Below the pieces are notes generated by a model. The model made no database searches, had not been told where the DNA came from, and was given only the letters and a program-made list of their open reading frames with translations. DNA of 64,000 bases, from the NCBI RefSeq assembly GCF_030684315.1, contig NC_081359.1, positions 79,090,804 through 79,154,803 of the forward strand, read 5' to 3'. Positions within the stretch are counted from its first letter, which is position 1. The number at the start of each line of letters is the position of its first letter. This stretch comes from Stegostoma tigrinum (lineage: Eukaryota). Made by a program: the position numbers and the translations under genes. This document shows, piece by piece, positions 38,815 through 50,852 of this stretch.

Positions 38815-39149
38815 CTGAAAGAAACAGAAGTAATTAAAATTGTAATTTCGGTCAGAGATGTCAATTCATTTATCTTTTACAATAACTGTCAATGGGGCTA
38901 AGCATAAGTGATGGCCCAATTACTCCATCATACTTGTTAATGCTATTTGGAATGCTGACTGGTTAGGGTTCAGAATTAATAAGTTGGACTTTTCACTGTC
39001 TTAATTTGAGTTGAAGATAACTGCAATATTTTCATTATTGCTTGCCTGAGGACAGATAACTGAGCATTTTCCATTGATCTAACATACAGTTTGGTCTTGT
39101 ACTTTGCCAAACATTTCTGAACTGAGTCATCAAGTAAGGCTATGTAGAT

Positions 39150-42100
39150 TTTGTATTTTTCCAGTCATGGAAAACGAATGTCACTGACATGATCAGCACT
39201 GACTATTCATCCTGAATTGCACTTGATAGATCATTCTGGTGAACTTGCTTAGATTGTTGCAGTGTGCTGTGTATATACTAGGGAGCTATTTGAGAAGGAT
39301 TTCAAAGATTTTAACCTAGTGCGAATGAGAGAACTGTAATCTAATTCCAATTTAGGATAGTGAGTGACTTGCAGGGGAATATGCATGGACAATCCCATAC
39401 TAAGGAGTAGAGGTCACAGATTTGGAAACTTGCGATTTGCTACAATCTGACTTATTGATGATACTTTGCTGCCACTGCGCTCCTTTGTTGAATGCAGCAA
39501 TCATTTCAGATGCAAAAAGAAAGTGTTGCCTGCCCAGAGCCAAGGTTTAGGACATTTGCTCAGAGATGGCAAAAATCTTATGATGTGTATAAAGTCATTG
39601 TGGTATATGTAGGTACCAATAATGTGGACAGGACAAAGAGAGAGTCTATAGAGTTAATATGAGGAGCCATGCAACAAATTGAGAAGCAGAATCTCAAAGG
39701 CAATAATCCTGAGATTATCCAGAGCTGTATACAACTTGGCATTGGTCAAATAAGACTAGAGAAATGAATGTATCAGTAAAAGACTGGTATGGTAGAAGTG
39801 GGTTTTGGTTCAAGGGGTGATGGCACCATACTAGTTAAGTTAGGATCCGTACCATAGTATTGGTTTGCTCCAGAACCACGTGGAGGCCAGTGTTCTGACG
39901 AGTCACATGGCTAAGAAAGTAGAGAATTTTAAATGAAATAGCGGTAGCAAGGGAACAAATTTGGGAAGGTGTATCTTATCATAGAATAGAAACATGGCAA
40001 GATTGAAATGCACTACTATGGAAAATGATTAATAGACTGTAAGAGAAGTGATAGCACATAAATTAAAGAGCAGACCAACAGGTAATGATAGAGGTTACAA
40101 AAATAATAAAAGGAAAAAACTAAAGGTTCTGTACATGAATGTACGTAACATTTGAAACAGATGAATTAATTGTACAAATAGAAAAGATATAATCCGACAG
40201 CTATTAGGCAGACATGGTTGCAGGATGATACAAGATTAGGTCCTGAATATTGAAAAGATACATGACATTTAGGAAGGTTTGGAAGTGAGGAAAACATACA
40301 GAAATGACTGTATTAATTAAATTATTGTATTAGTACAATATTGTGGGATGAGTCAAGTTCAGGAAACCAGAATGTGTAATGATTGGGGTAGAGATGTGAA
40401 ACAACAAAGGCAAGAAGTCACTTGTGGAAGGGATTTACAGGCCCTCCAGCAGTAATTACACGGTAGAATGGGGTACAAAAAAAGAATAATGGGATCTTTA
40501 TTTCAAAGGGAATGGAATGTATAAACAAGGAAATCAAACCATACCAGGCACTGTACAGACCACAGTTGGAAACCTGTGAACAGTTTTGGGCCCGTTATCT
40601 AAGGTATTGGACGAAGTTCAGCAAAGGTTTATTAGGCTGATATTGGGTATGCAGGGTACTGTCTTATGAGGAGGAGTAGGGTAGGGCCTGTGCTCATTGG
40701 AGTTTAGAAGAATGAGAGGTGGCTTTATTGAACCATACCAGATTTTTAGAGCACTTGACAATGTAGATGCTGGGAGAGTGTTAACCCTTGCGGCAGAGTC
40801 TAGGACTGGACAACCTAATCCAAGAGTAAAGGATTACCCATTTAAGACAGATTTGAGGAGGCACTCAGAGGGTAGTGATCCTGTGGAATTCTTTACTGCA
40901 GAGGACTGTAGAAGTTGGGTTGTTAGATATAATTAGGGCTGAGGCAGACAGATTTTTAATCAGTAAGAGAGTCAAGGGTTATGGGGAAAAAGCAAGAAAG
41001 TGGAGTTAAGGATTACAAATTCAGCAAATTTATCATTGAATGGTGGAATAGATTCAATGGGCCAAATGGCCCACATTTGCTCTTACATCTTATGGTAAAT
41101 GAATGGTAATAATCATGATGGGCTATATTCAACACATGAACTGGAAGCATCAGATGGGCAAAAGGAATCTAGATGAGAAATTCATAGAAAGTTTTCAGGA
41201 TACTTTCTGAACACACCACTTTGTATAGTAAACCAGAGAGCAGGCATTGTGATGTCTGGTAGTATTCGACGAGAGAGGTTTAATTCATTATCCCGTTAGG
41301 AAAGCACCCCTAGGTAGTAGCATAATGTGATTGAAATCTGCATTAAATCTGAGGGAGAGAGGGTGGGTCTAAGACTAGTGTTTTAAACAAATTAGGGTAA
41401 TTATGAGGAGATGAAAACAGAGATAGCTAAAATGAAGTGGCAAATTAGGGTAAGGCGTGGTCAACAGAGATGCAGTGCCAGTATAAATGGAGTATTATGT
41501 GGAAAAGGTGAAATTTTCCATTTTGGTAAAAAAGAATTTAAAAAGTGCATTTAATCCGAATGGTGGGAGACTTCAGAGCTCAAACATGAAGAGGGATCTG
41601 AGTGTTCTTATGCACGAATCACAAAAGGTCAGGATACAGATACACCAAGTAATTAGGAAAGCCAACAGAATGCTATTATTGGTTGCAAGCGGAGTTGAAT
41701 ACAGAAGTATGGGAATTATGCTTCAGCTATACAGGGCATTGGTGATACTGAGATAAGAGTGCTGTGTATGGTATTAGTCAGCTTATTTAACTGTTGGAAA
41801 CAGTTTAGAAAAGTTTACCAGTCTACCTTTCCAAGGAAGGGTCACCGGACCTGAAATATTAAGTCTGATTTTTCTTCACAGATGCTGCCAGACCTGCTGG
41901 GCTTTTCCAATAACTTCTGTTTTTGTTTTTTTTAAAACCAGTCTAATACTTGGTAAATATACATGAAATAGGTAGGTTATTTGATGAGGAAAAGTTAGAA
42001 TGAAGGAGTTTGTATCCTTTGGACTTTAGAAATGTAAGCAGCAACCTGACTGAAACATATCAAATCCTTAAAGGTCTCGACAGGGCAGATGTAGAGAGGA

Positions 42101-42800
42101 TAATTCCTGTTCTGGGAGAATCTGAAATTAGGGCTCACTGTCAGGGTTAGCCCATTTAAGACAGAGACAAGGAGAAGTTTCCTTGAAGAGTTTTTGGAAT
42201 TTTCTTGTTTAGAAGATAGTGGAAGCAAGAGTTTGGGTATTTTTAAGGTAGAGGTATTTAGATTCTTGGTTAGCAACGTGCAAGTAGATGGGAAGGTGGA
42301 GGGTTCAGATCACACATGGTCTTATTGAACGGTGAAGTAGGCTCTGAATGAACTGCTCCTGCTCCTGCTCCTAATTCTTATGTTAGCAAGGATTGGGATG
42401 GGGTGCTGATAAAGTGGACAGCCTTGTCTGAGATGGGATGAAGCTTCATGAGTTTTACTGAAGCTGCCTGCATCAAAACAAATCAAAGTATTTCATCACA
42501 CTCCTTGGTTGTGCCTTGCAGATGATGGAGTGACATGGGGAGTCAAACGAAGAGGTATTCACTGCAGAGCTTCTAAACACTAGCTTGCTCTTGTTGCCAC
42601 AGCATTTATGTAGCTGATCTTAACAGGTTTCTGGATAAAGATAATCATCACAATGTTGATGGTAGGAATTTAACTGTGAAAATGTAGTTAAGCATCAAGT
42701 AAGGATGTTAGATTCTTTCCTGTTGAAGATGGTCATTGTTCGGGACTGCTGTGACGGAAATCTTATTTGCTGTTTATCAGCCAAAGGTTGAATGCCCAGA
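39150..42800. mobile_element. Nested LINE cluster: minus-strand L2/CR1-group relic (39150-39490, 42390-42800) interrupted by a plus-strand CR1 (39500-42385), itself carrying a CR1 3' fragment (~40495-41095) and a Penelope fragment (41826-41936)
   Basis: gtaggtaccaataatgtgg (ORF1), tacatgaatgtacgtaacat (EN), EFRRMRGGFIE, ANRML..VASGVEYRS, cttatg tails at ~41092 and ~42380. Confidence 0.7.
41826..41936 (+). mobile_element. Penelope-like family B single-arm insertion
   Basis: aggaagggtcaccggacctgaaatatta...cagatgctgccagacctgctg, flanked by the direct repeat accagtcta (41817-41825, 41937-41945). Confidence 0.75.
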
Positions 42801-43226
42801 TCCCATAATGAAAAGAACAATCAATGAGTAATCCTATTTTCCCTAAACTAATTGCACTTTAAAGAGAATAATTGCAACGATATGTGAACAGATGTTGTAG
42901 AATCTAGATTATAACTGTCAATTCCCATTGTAACAAAATGTTAATTATCAGATGAGATGCAACCAGTACTATTTCCCAGAAACGTCATTATTACTACAGA
43001 TCAGACACAATTGTTATCTAGCAGCATTAAAGACAACAATAGATTTATTGCAAACAGAGGACCAAGCAACAAACTAAAGGAATGTAGCATCGTTCCTAAA
43101 GAACTAAAAGATCTTTTTCAAATTACTTGCATATTTGAAGGGACATTTCCTTTGTAATACAGGGTAATGTAGTGTAGTGCTTTTGATCTAACACAGACTT
43201 TGTTTGATTAAATATACATTTCATGA

Positions 43227-43332
43227 GCTGCAGGTTTTTCCAGAGCACAAAAAATGCAAATTGCTACATGCAGGGGTACATAACACGAAACGTTTTTCCT
43301 GCGGAGTATTTCAAAATGTTCTGCATGTCAAT
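43227..43332 (+). repeat. Source of the 106-bp segment duplicated at 44322-44427
   Basis: Ungapped match, 9 mismatches by my count. Confidence 0.93.
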
Positions 43333-44242
43333 ATGAGCCGGAAGGAAAAAGAGAAAATGTGAATTTCACATTTGAATTAGGCAATTTGTGATGATTTGCA
43401 CACAAACTAATTGCTAAAACGAAAACAAAATTAGAAAAATATTTCCTGAACCATGTTTTATACACAATTAACCAGAAAATCTATTTGTGATGTCGACTAT
43501 TCGTTATGCAGCTTTTCATTTCAGTAATAAATGTATGAATAATTCTTCCCTAATTTTTTAAAGCAAAAATATGTACTTTCTTGACATTTCATCAAGTAGA
43601 AGGTAATTAATGACACCTTAATAACTTCCCTAAAATGCGTCCAGTGTTGGACTTTGTTTACCTAAGGATCATTACAAAATAATGTGCTCAATGCCAAGTA
43701 CAAGGTAGATTTTCAGCGATTGGTTAGGTATTTATTCTAAAGCAAGGACTATGAAGCACAATTTAAAATTCCTAAACATTTACATATATTCTGATTGTGT
43801 GCCTGGAAATTGAACTCAGTTTTAAAAGTTTACACTTAATGTAATAAGTTTCCTATTGAATAGGATAAGAATAAAGCATTTCTAGTTTACACTAAATAAT
43901 AATAGTATGATGATGTGTCTTTAAGATGGATTTGTCTGTCCTGGCTCTCTTGAAGAGAGGCATTGAGAATCTGATGCCAAGGTGTATGCTCAGTGGAAAG
44001 CAGAGTAAATAGCTTTAACGTTTTTGAAAAGTAGACAAAAAAAGTATGAATGGGTGGAGTTGGGCTCACACAAAGCCAGGTTTTATGTTTTGCTTTTAAC
44101 TGTAGAAGTTGGCGTTTTGGATTTGAATCTGCTAGTTACAGCTCTATCTCTATTGCTGCAAAAGCTTGTGATCTCTCTCTGCTGCCAGATTCTTTCTGTC
44201 GGTGTTTCTTCCCCTGGACTGAAGAAGGCAGCAAGTGAGGGA

Positions 44243-44556
44243 TAACAAGGTGTAGAACTGGATGAACACAGCAGGCCAAGCAACATCAGGGGAGCAGGAA
44301 GGCTGACGTTTCGGGCCTAGGGCTGCAGATTTTTCCAGAGCACAAAAAATGCAATTTGCTACACACAAGGGTACATAACATGAAACGTTTTTCCTGTGGA
44401 GTGTTTCATAATGTTCTGCATGTCAATTTCAGAAGGGTCTAGGCCCAGAACGTTAGCCTTCCTGCTCCTCTGATGCTGCTTGGCCTGCTCTGCTCATCCA
44501 GCTCTACACCTTGTAATCTCAGATTCTCCAGCATCTGCAGTTCCTGCTATCTCTAA
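44243..44556 (+). mobile_element. ORF-less Penelope-like family A hairpin element with captured host DNA (44322-44427)
   Basis: Inverted arms ~44241-44320 and 44428-44518, tail to 44556; target duplication agcaagtgaggga at 44230-44242 and 44557-44569. Confidence 0.9.
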
Positions 44557-45207
44557 AGCAAGTGAGGGAAATCTGATTTACTTGTTTTGCCTTTGCCAAG
44601 GTTTATGCCATGCTGATTTATTGGAGCAGTTGTTGAGTAATAGTTAAATAATTCTTAAATATTTCAATAGAGTTAAACATATGCCAATTCTTTTTTTGTT
44701 TGTATTTTATCTCTTGTGGAAGAAATAAAGTGTTTTGTTTAAAGCCTAATAATTTGACAAATCAAATCACATCTGGAAATCAGTGCCTTACACTTTCCTC
44801 TAAATGAGAGAATGTAAGGATCTAGGCTATCTCCTTGAGGTTTTGAGGAGATTGGTCTGGTTCATAACAACAGAGATGTGCAAACATTGATCTTTCTTTC
44901 TCTTCATTTAAGTGCATCAAAAGTTATTTTATATATGTTGGTTAAGTTTTTTTTTAAAGCTGTGGAGAATTGTCTCTGTGTAAAATTTGTAAAAGTGAAA
45001 TTAAAGGGATTGCAATATCTTTTCAGTTTCATGGCGCTCTGCCAATCTAAATTATTCAATCATACTTTGATCTTTAAGTACAACGTCTTTCAACATTTCC
45101 TGGTAATTCTGATGGGCAAAAGAGACATCCAAAAACAAAGGCTGAATTATCAACTAGACTGTTTCTTTCAATGCTTTTGAAGTATATATCCTGCTCAAGA
45201 AACTTAC

Positions 45208-45344
45208 TTTGCCAGGGAAATCCCAAACAATTTCAACTCTTGAATTCAGTTTTGCTGTCACTGTGCACTTGATTACAAGTGTTTTTCCACTCAGCATCTT
45301 GACTGGACTGGTCACATTGAGCTGTACATTCTTGATGCTATTGA
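45208..45344 (-). CDS. FLT1: FLT1 exon 6 equivalent (Ig domain 3, N-half), 137 bp
   Basis: aatacag|TC...GGCAAA|gtaagt. VNSIKNVQLNVTSPVKMLSGKTLVIKCTVTAKLNSRVEIVWDFPGK. Confidence 0.94.
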
Positions 45345-45794
45345 CTGTATTTTAACAAAGATAAAATATGATTAATGTAGCAACATTGTAAAACAAGCTT
45401 TGACATTAGACGCTACACAAAGTTCATGTATCACTTCATATTCCTCTGTATAAAAACAAATCTTGTTTTATCATTCTATAAAAAAACTGAATGCTACTCC
45501 AGTAACTAGTAAGTACAGCATGATTCCACATAATGACATGCAGCAATTTTCACTTTCTACTAAATTGCAGATTTATCTTCTTATTGACAGCAGAGCTTGT
45601 GTTGCCAAATCCTAAAATCCCTTTGCATCTCCTCCATTGCACATTATGTAGAATGAACTTTTTCTGCATAACTGAACATTGCACTGGGCCCCATAAGGGA
45701 AGAAATGTTAATTGAAGTAAAGCAACAGAATAGCTCTTCTGCTATGCATTTTAAACAAAATAAGACTTTTTCAAATGTATCACATCATAAATTA

Positions 45795-46100
45795 TAGGAA
45801 CATAGAACAATAAGAACAGGAGTCGGATATTTAGCCACTCAAGCATGGTCCACCATTCAATAAAACCATTGCTGATCTGGTACTAGTCTCAACTCCATTC
45901 TTCTGACTGCACCCCATAACATCCAACTCCTTTCCTGTCAAAATTTGTCAGAGTAAGGCTTGAATAAATTTTAAAATCCAGCCTCTATTTTCTTCTGTGG
46001 AAGAGAATTTCACACTCTTGTGACCCTCGGAGAAAAAGGAATTCTCCTAATCTGTGACAGAAAGATCTCTTATTCACCAACTACATCCTAGTTTTATTCA
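45795..46100 (-). mobile_element. CR1 3' end
   Basis: aacatagaacaataagaacaggagt tail; agagaatttcacactcttgtgaccctc. Confidence 0.7.
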
Positions 46101-46249
46101 CCTTAGAAGTGTATTATTGATTGAATTGTGGGTTTTCCCCAAAACTATAACCCTAATTTCCCAGGAACGATTTCATTTCTAAAATTAACCTATTCCAAAA
46201 TGTTGTGCATAGCAGAGATGGCAAAGCAATCAGCAGTGACTATCATTGC

Positions 46250-46805
46250 AGTCACAGGTAGACAGGATGGTTAAGAAGGCATTTAGTATGACTGGCTTCA
46301 TCGCTCAGACCTTTGAGTATAGGAGTTAGGACGTTATATTGAGGTTGTACAAGAAATTAGAGAGACGTTTTCTGGAGCACTGTGTCCAGTTCTGGTCACC
46401 CTGTTTTAGGAAGGACATTATTAAGCTGGAAATGGTTCAGAAAAGATTCACCAGGATGTTGCCAGGAATGGAGGATTTGAGTTATCAGGAGAGGCTGGAT
46501 AGACTGGTACTATTTTCACTGGAGCGTACGAGGTTGAGTGGTGACCTTATAGAGGTTTGTAAAACCATGACGGGTATAGAAAGGGAGAATGCAGGTGTCT
46601 TTTCCATAGAGTGGGCGATATCAAGACTAGGGAGTAATTTGTAAGGGAAGAGGAGAAAGATTTTAAAAAGGCATGACCAGCAAATATATGAATAATAAAT
46701 GTTTGGAGGGATATGGGCCAAGAGCAGGCAGGTGAAACTCGTTTAGTTTGGAACTATGTTTGGTATGGTTTGGTTGGACCGAAGGGTCATGCAGTATGAA
46801 TCTAT
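46250..46805 (+). mobile_element. CR1 3' fragment
   Basis: LEHCVQFWSPCFRKDIIKLEMVQKRFTRMLPG..ERLDRL.LFSLE. Confidence 0.85.
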
Positions 46806-48519
46806 GACCCTCTGACATTGACGATGAAGTTGGCAGAAACCTCAGATATCCCATGAGCAGTTAAATTGGAAATCCAGAAACTGATACTAACGATGCCTTG
46901 ATATTCTGCAGAATACATAGTTTAAATCCTCACTGACATATATCTTTAAAAATTTCTTGAGTTAGTCTGAACTTCTATATTTTTAACACTGTAATCTTGC
47001 TGTAAATCCAGTCTCCCAAAAGAAGTCACGGCTCTTTGAATCATGTTCAATTAGGATTTTGGCAGTGCACTAAGCCATAATTACTGCTGAGTGATTGTTC
47101 CCTTAAAAACGGATTTGGTATTTATAGAATATGAATTTCTCCACTATTATAAATATTTGCAAGCATTATATTGAAATTGGCTTAAAAGCCTGGGCTATTT
47201 ATTTTACTGAAACTATTGAAGGCTATCAAACATGCTTATTGTGGACAATTCTTTTAACACACAGTAGTAAAGATTAATTCACCAAGAAACTCCAGGTAAT
47301 TACATCTGTGCTGGCATCACAAACACAATCTGGACTCAGTTTTCTTTTATCCCCCAAACAAATGCAGTTATTAGCATTCACTATTTAAATTAAAGCATTC
47401 TGAGGAGATTGACAAAATAGACAAAAAATACTTTTATAAATTATCTTTGAGAAGAGAATCATTCTTTTAAAAATGAGATTTCTGCTTTAAATATAAATTC
47501 AAAAAGATACAGTTTTTTTCAGTCTAGTTATACAGCTATCTCACACACTGATAAATACATATGTACTGGTCCACTTGAAAATGAAACATGTACCTCTTTA
47601 ATCTTCTATTTATATACAAATGCAAAGATTTATAATTACCACATATCTAAGTAAAATCAATTTGGGAACATACTGGACAATTTTCCTATTTAACACTTTT
47701 TCTTGACAGGAATGAATTGCAGAAGACAAGCAATAATGTAGAATTACAGTAAACTGCAAACGTCATGCTTGAGAATAAGTCACTGGCATAAGGATAAAAC
47801 ACAAAAAAGGAAGGGTAGAAACAGGAGAAAAGCATCAACACATTGAAAAGCAGGTAATAAAACAGTGTCCATGATAATATTCAGAAGATTATAAAATTAT
47901 TCAGAAACATTTACAATACATGGGAATCATTAAAACTTAAGGTGAGAGTACTACTATCTGTCTGTGAAAACTAATATTTATGTAACACATTTGACAGATA
48001 AATAACTTGACAAGCAAGTCAGGTGCACTTTAAGAAATTTATGAATTTTACAATCATACTTTCTAAAAACACAGTACTGAAATGTTTAAAAATTTCTTTT
48101 TTAGCGTTGTCCTGCCCAGCAGACAATTGCTTCAAATTTTAGCACTTGGAATGTTATGTGATACAACCTTTCAAATTAAATTGGATGTCAGTGTACATTG
48201 AAGGGGCCAAATAGCCTACTCCTGTTCCTGTTTCTTTTGATCTTATGATCTTAATCATCAAGTCGTCCACTCTAACTTTACCTACTGCACAATTCACGAG
48301 CAGTACAGCGGAAATGAAGAATAAAACTTATCAGCTATTAGGTTGCATGAGGGAAGGAGGATGAGGAAGGGAGAAAGATCATAAAGGAGAGACTTGTTGA
48401 TGTTTCAAAAGTCATAGATGTATGGGTATGAATACGTAGGATGAATCTTAAAAATTTGCTCAAACATGGAAGAGAGACAAATAATAAGGATCATATGAAT
48501 CCACTGCCGCGATGAAAAA

Positions 48520-49450
48520 GCATGCTATCAGAATGGACAGACAAATAGCAAATGAAATGTAACACAGAGAAGTGTGAGATTATGTATTTTGGCATAAGGG
48601 ATAGGGAGAGGCAATATATACTTAATTACATAGCTCCAAAGAGTGTGCATGATGGGCACGGGGGGTTTGTGGGCATTGACCTTTGAAGGATACATTGACT
48701 GATTGAGTAGCAAAGGACTTTAGATCTCAGGCTTCATATATAGACCCTTTAAATTAAAAAGCAGGGAAGTTTCACCTAATTCTTTTAAATCTGTTATTAG
48801 GCCACAACTACAGTGTTGCATTAAATTCTTGTCAACAATTTTAGAATGGTTGAGAAGATGCTTAGCAATTTGCAGAGATTTTCCAGAACGAGGAATACTA
48901 ACTACAAAGTTAAATTGGAGAAGCTAGGACTGTTCTCCTTGACACAAAGGAGATTGGGGAGATTTGACAGAGATGTATAAGATTATTACAGATTTGTACA
49001 AAAGCAAATAAAGAAGAAATGTTTCCATTATTTAATGGTACAGGCTAAGGGGACATTAATTCAAGGAAAAATTAAACAGAGAATTGCAGATGCTGGAAAT
49101 CTGCAATAGAAACAGAAATTACTGGAGAAACGCAGCAGGTCTAAGCATCTGTGGAGAAAAAGCAAGCTTAATGTTTCAGGTCCAGTGACTCTTCTTCAGA
49201 ATTGGATTCAAAGTTTTGGGAAAGATATGCAGGGAAATGTGAAGAAGAATTTTTTCATGCAGACAACAATAATGATTTTGAATTTTTTATCCATAGAATT
49301 GCTAGAAGCAGAGAAAATTGGATAGACACTTGGAAAGAAATTTTTCAGACTGCAGTGATAGAGCAGGGGAATGAGACTGACTGGAATCCTCCAATGAAGA
49401 GCTGAGAGAGATTTGGCTGGCAGAATGCCTCTTTCTGGGCTATATATTAC
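48520..49450 (+). mobile_element. Decayed CR1 RT/3' fragment with a Penelope family B arm inserted at ~49070-49203
   Basis: agcaaatgaaatgtaacacagagaagtgtgag and ggagaagctaggactgttctcctt remnants. The insert reads CTGAAGA-A-GAGTC ACTG GACCT-GAAAC on the minus strand (49169-49199). Confidence 0.7.
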
Positions 49451-49601
49451 TCAACAACGTCACCACTAATTACCTAGCCACAATATTTGTGGCTAAGTCA
49501 TCAGCAAAGATCTGTCTTGTGGATATTAAAGGACAATACAATGAATATACATAGACCAGTTATAATAATAGCAAATTACAAAAGGAAGTGCAGCTACTAA
49601 C

Positions 49602-49761
49602 CCTGTCTGTGTGTTAAATAAATAGACCGAAACGTGCTGCCATTCACACTAGTTTCACATGTCAGCAGACCAATAAATTTGTATGTAGGTCTGGAAATAA
49701 CAAAGCCTTGTTTGCTGTCCCATATAACTTCCTTTCCATCAATGGTAAAGGACAAGGAATT
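49602..49761 (-). CDS. FLT1: FLT1 exon 5 equivalent (Ig domain 2, C-half), 160 bp
   Basis: cttttag|AAT...CAGG|gttagt. NSLSFTIDGKEVIWDSKQGFVISRPTYKFIGLLTCETSVNGSTFRSIYLTHRQ. Confidence 0.95.
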
Positions 49762-49954
49762 CTAAAAGTAAAAGACAGAAGTTATATTATTACTATGACT
49801 TATCTTGGGGTAGGAAGAAATTGATATGCACATTTCTGTGGTAAAAGGAAAAGCAACTAAAATATAGCCTCAAATTTCATTAATTCCTGTGGAGACAAAA
49901 GCAATAATTTTCAAATAGTATAACAGTTCGATAGCATGAAAATGAAAATCACCA

Positions 49955-50140
49955 CAGTCCCAATGAGTCACTGCCTGTTCTGTCATCAGAGAGAGATAAT
50001 AAGGTGGTGGGTTTAACCTGGGGGGCACCACTCTTCAGGCAAGGTTGAGAGAACCTTCATGGTCACCCCAGCCAGTATACGAGTTGAACCAACGCTGTTT
50101 GCATTGTAAAGCAGCCAACTAGCTAACTAGTCTAACCAAA
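49955..50140 (-). mobile_element. Probable second tRNA-derived SINE family, decayed
   Basis: Minus strand ggttagactagttagctagttgg...ggttcaactc resembles A and B boxes. Confidence 0.45.
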
Positions 50141-50387
50141 CACCAGAAAGCCTATTTATATAAATGTGCACTTCTTTACAGATGCCTGCTAGTACAATGT
50201 GAAAGTTAGCCACAAGGGATATAGTTACTCTTTGAAAAGAAAGCTATACAGTGTTCAGCAATCACACATAGGCAAACATTTATCTAAAGTGATAATACGA
50301 ACTGCAGATGCTGGAGAATCCAAGATAATGAAATGTGAGGCTGGATGAACACAGCAGGCCCAGCAGCATCTCAGGAGCACAAAAGCT

Positions 50388-50415
50388 GACGTTTCGGGCC
50401 TAGACCCTTCATCAG
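50388..50415 (-). ncRNA. Intact minimal hammerhead ribozyme motif, in sense within FLT1 intron 4
   Basis: CTGATGA-A-GGGT CTAG GCCC-GAAAC-GTC. Confidence 0.7.
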
Positions 50416-50824
50416 AGAGGGGGATGGGGTGAGGGTTCTGGAATAAATAGGGAGAGAGGGGGAGGCGGACCGAAGATGGAGAGAAAAGAAGATAGGTGGA
50501 GAGGAGAGTATAGGTGGGGAGGTAGGGAGGGGATAGGTCAGTCCAGGGAAGACGGACAGGTCAAGGAGGTGGGATGAGGTTAGTAGGTAAGAGATGGAGG
50601 TGCGGCTTGGGGTGGGAGGAGGGGATGGGTGAGAGGAAGAACAGGTTAGGGAGGCAGGGACAGGTTGGACTGGTTTTGGGATGCAGTAGGGGAAGGGGAG
50701 ATTTGGAAGCTGGTGAAGTCCACATTGATACCATTGGGCTGCAGGGTTTTTCTTTTCTCTCCATCTTCAGTCCGCCTCCCCCTCTCTCCCTATTTATTCC
50801 AGAACCCTCACCCCATCCCCCTCT

Positions 50825-50852
50825 CTGATGAAGGATCTAGGCCCGAAACGTC
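50825..50852 (+). ncRNA. Minimal hammerhead ribozyme motif (one stem II mismatch)
   Basis: CTGATGA-A-GGAT CTAG GCCC-GAAAC-GTC. Confidence 0.6.
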
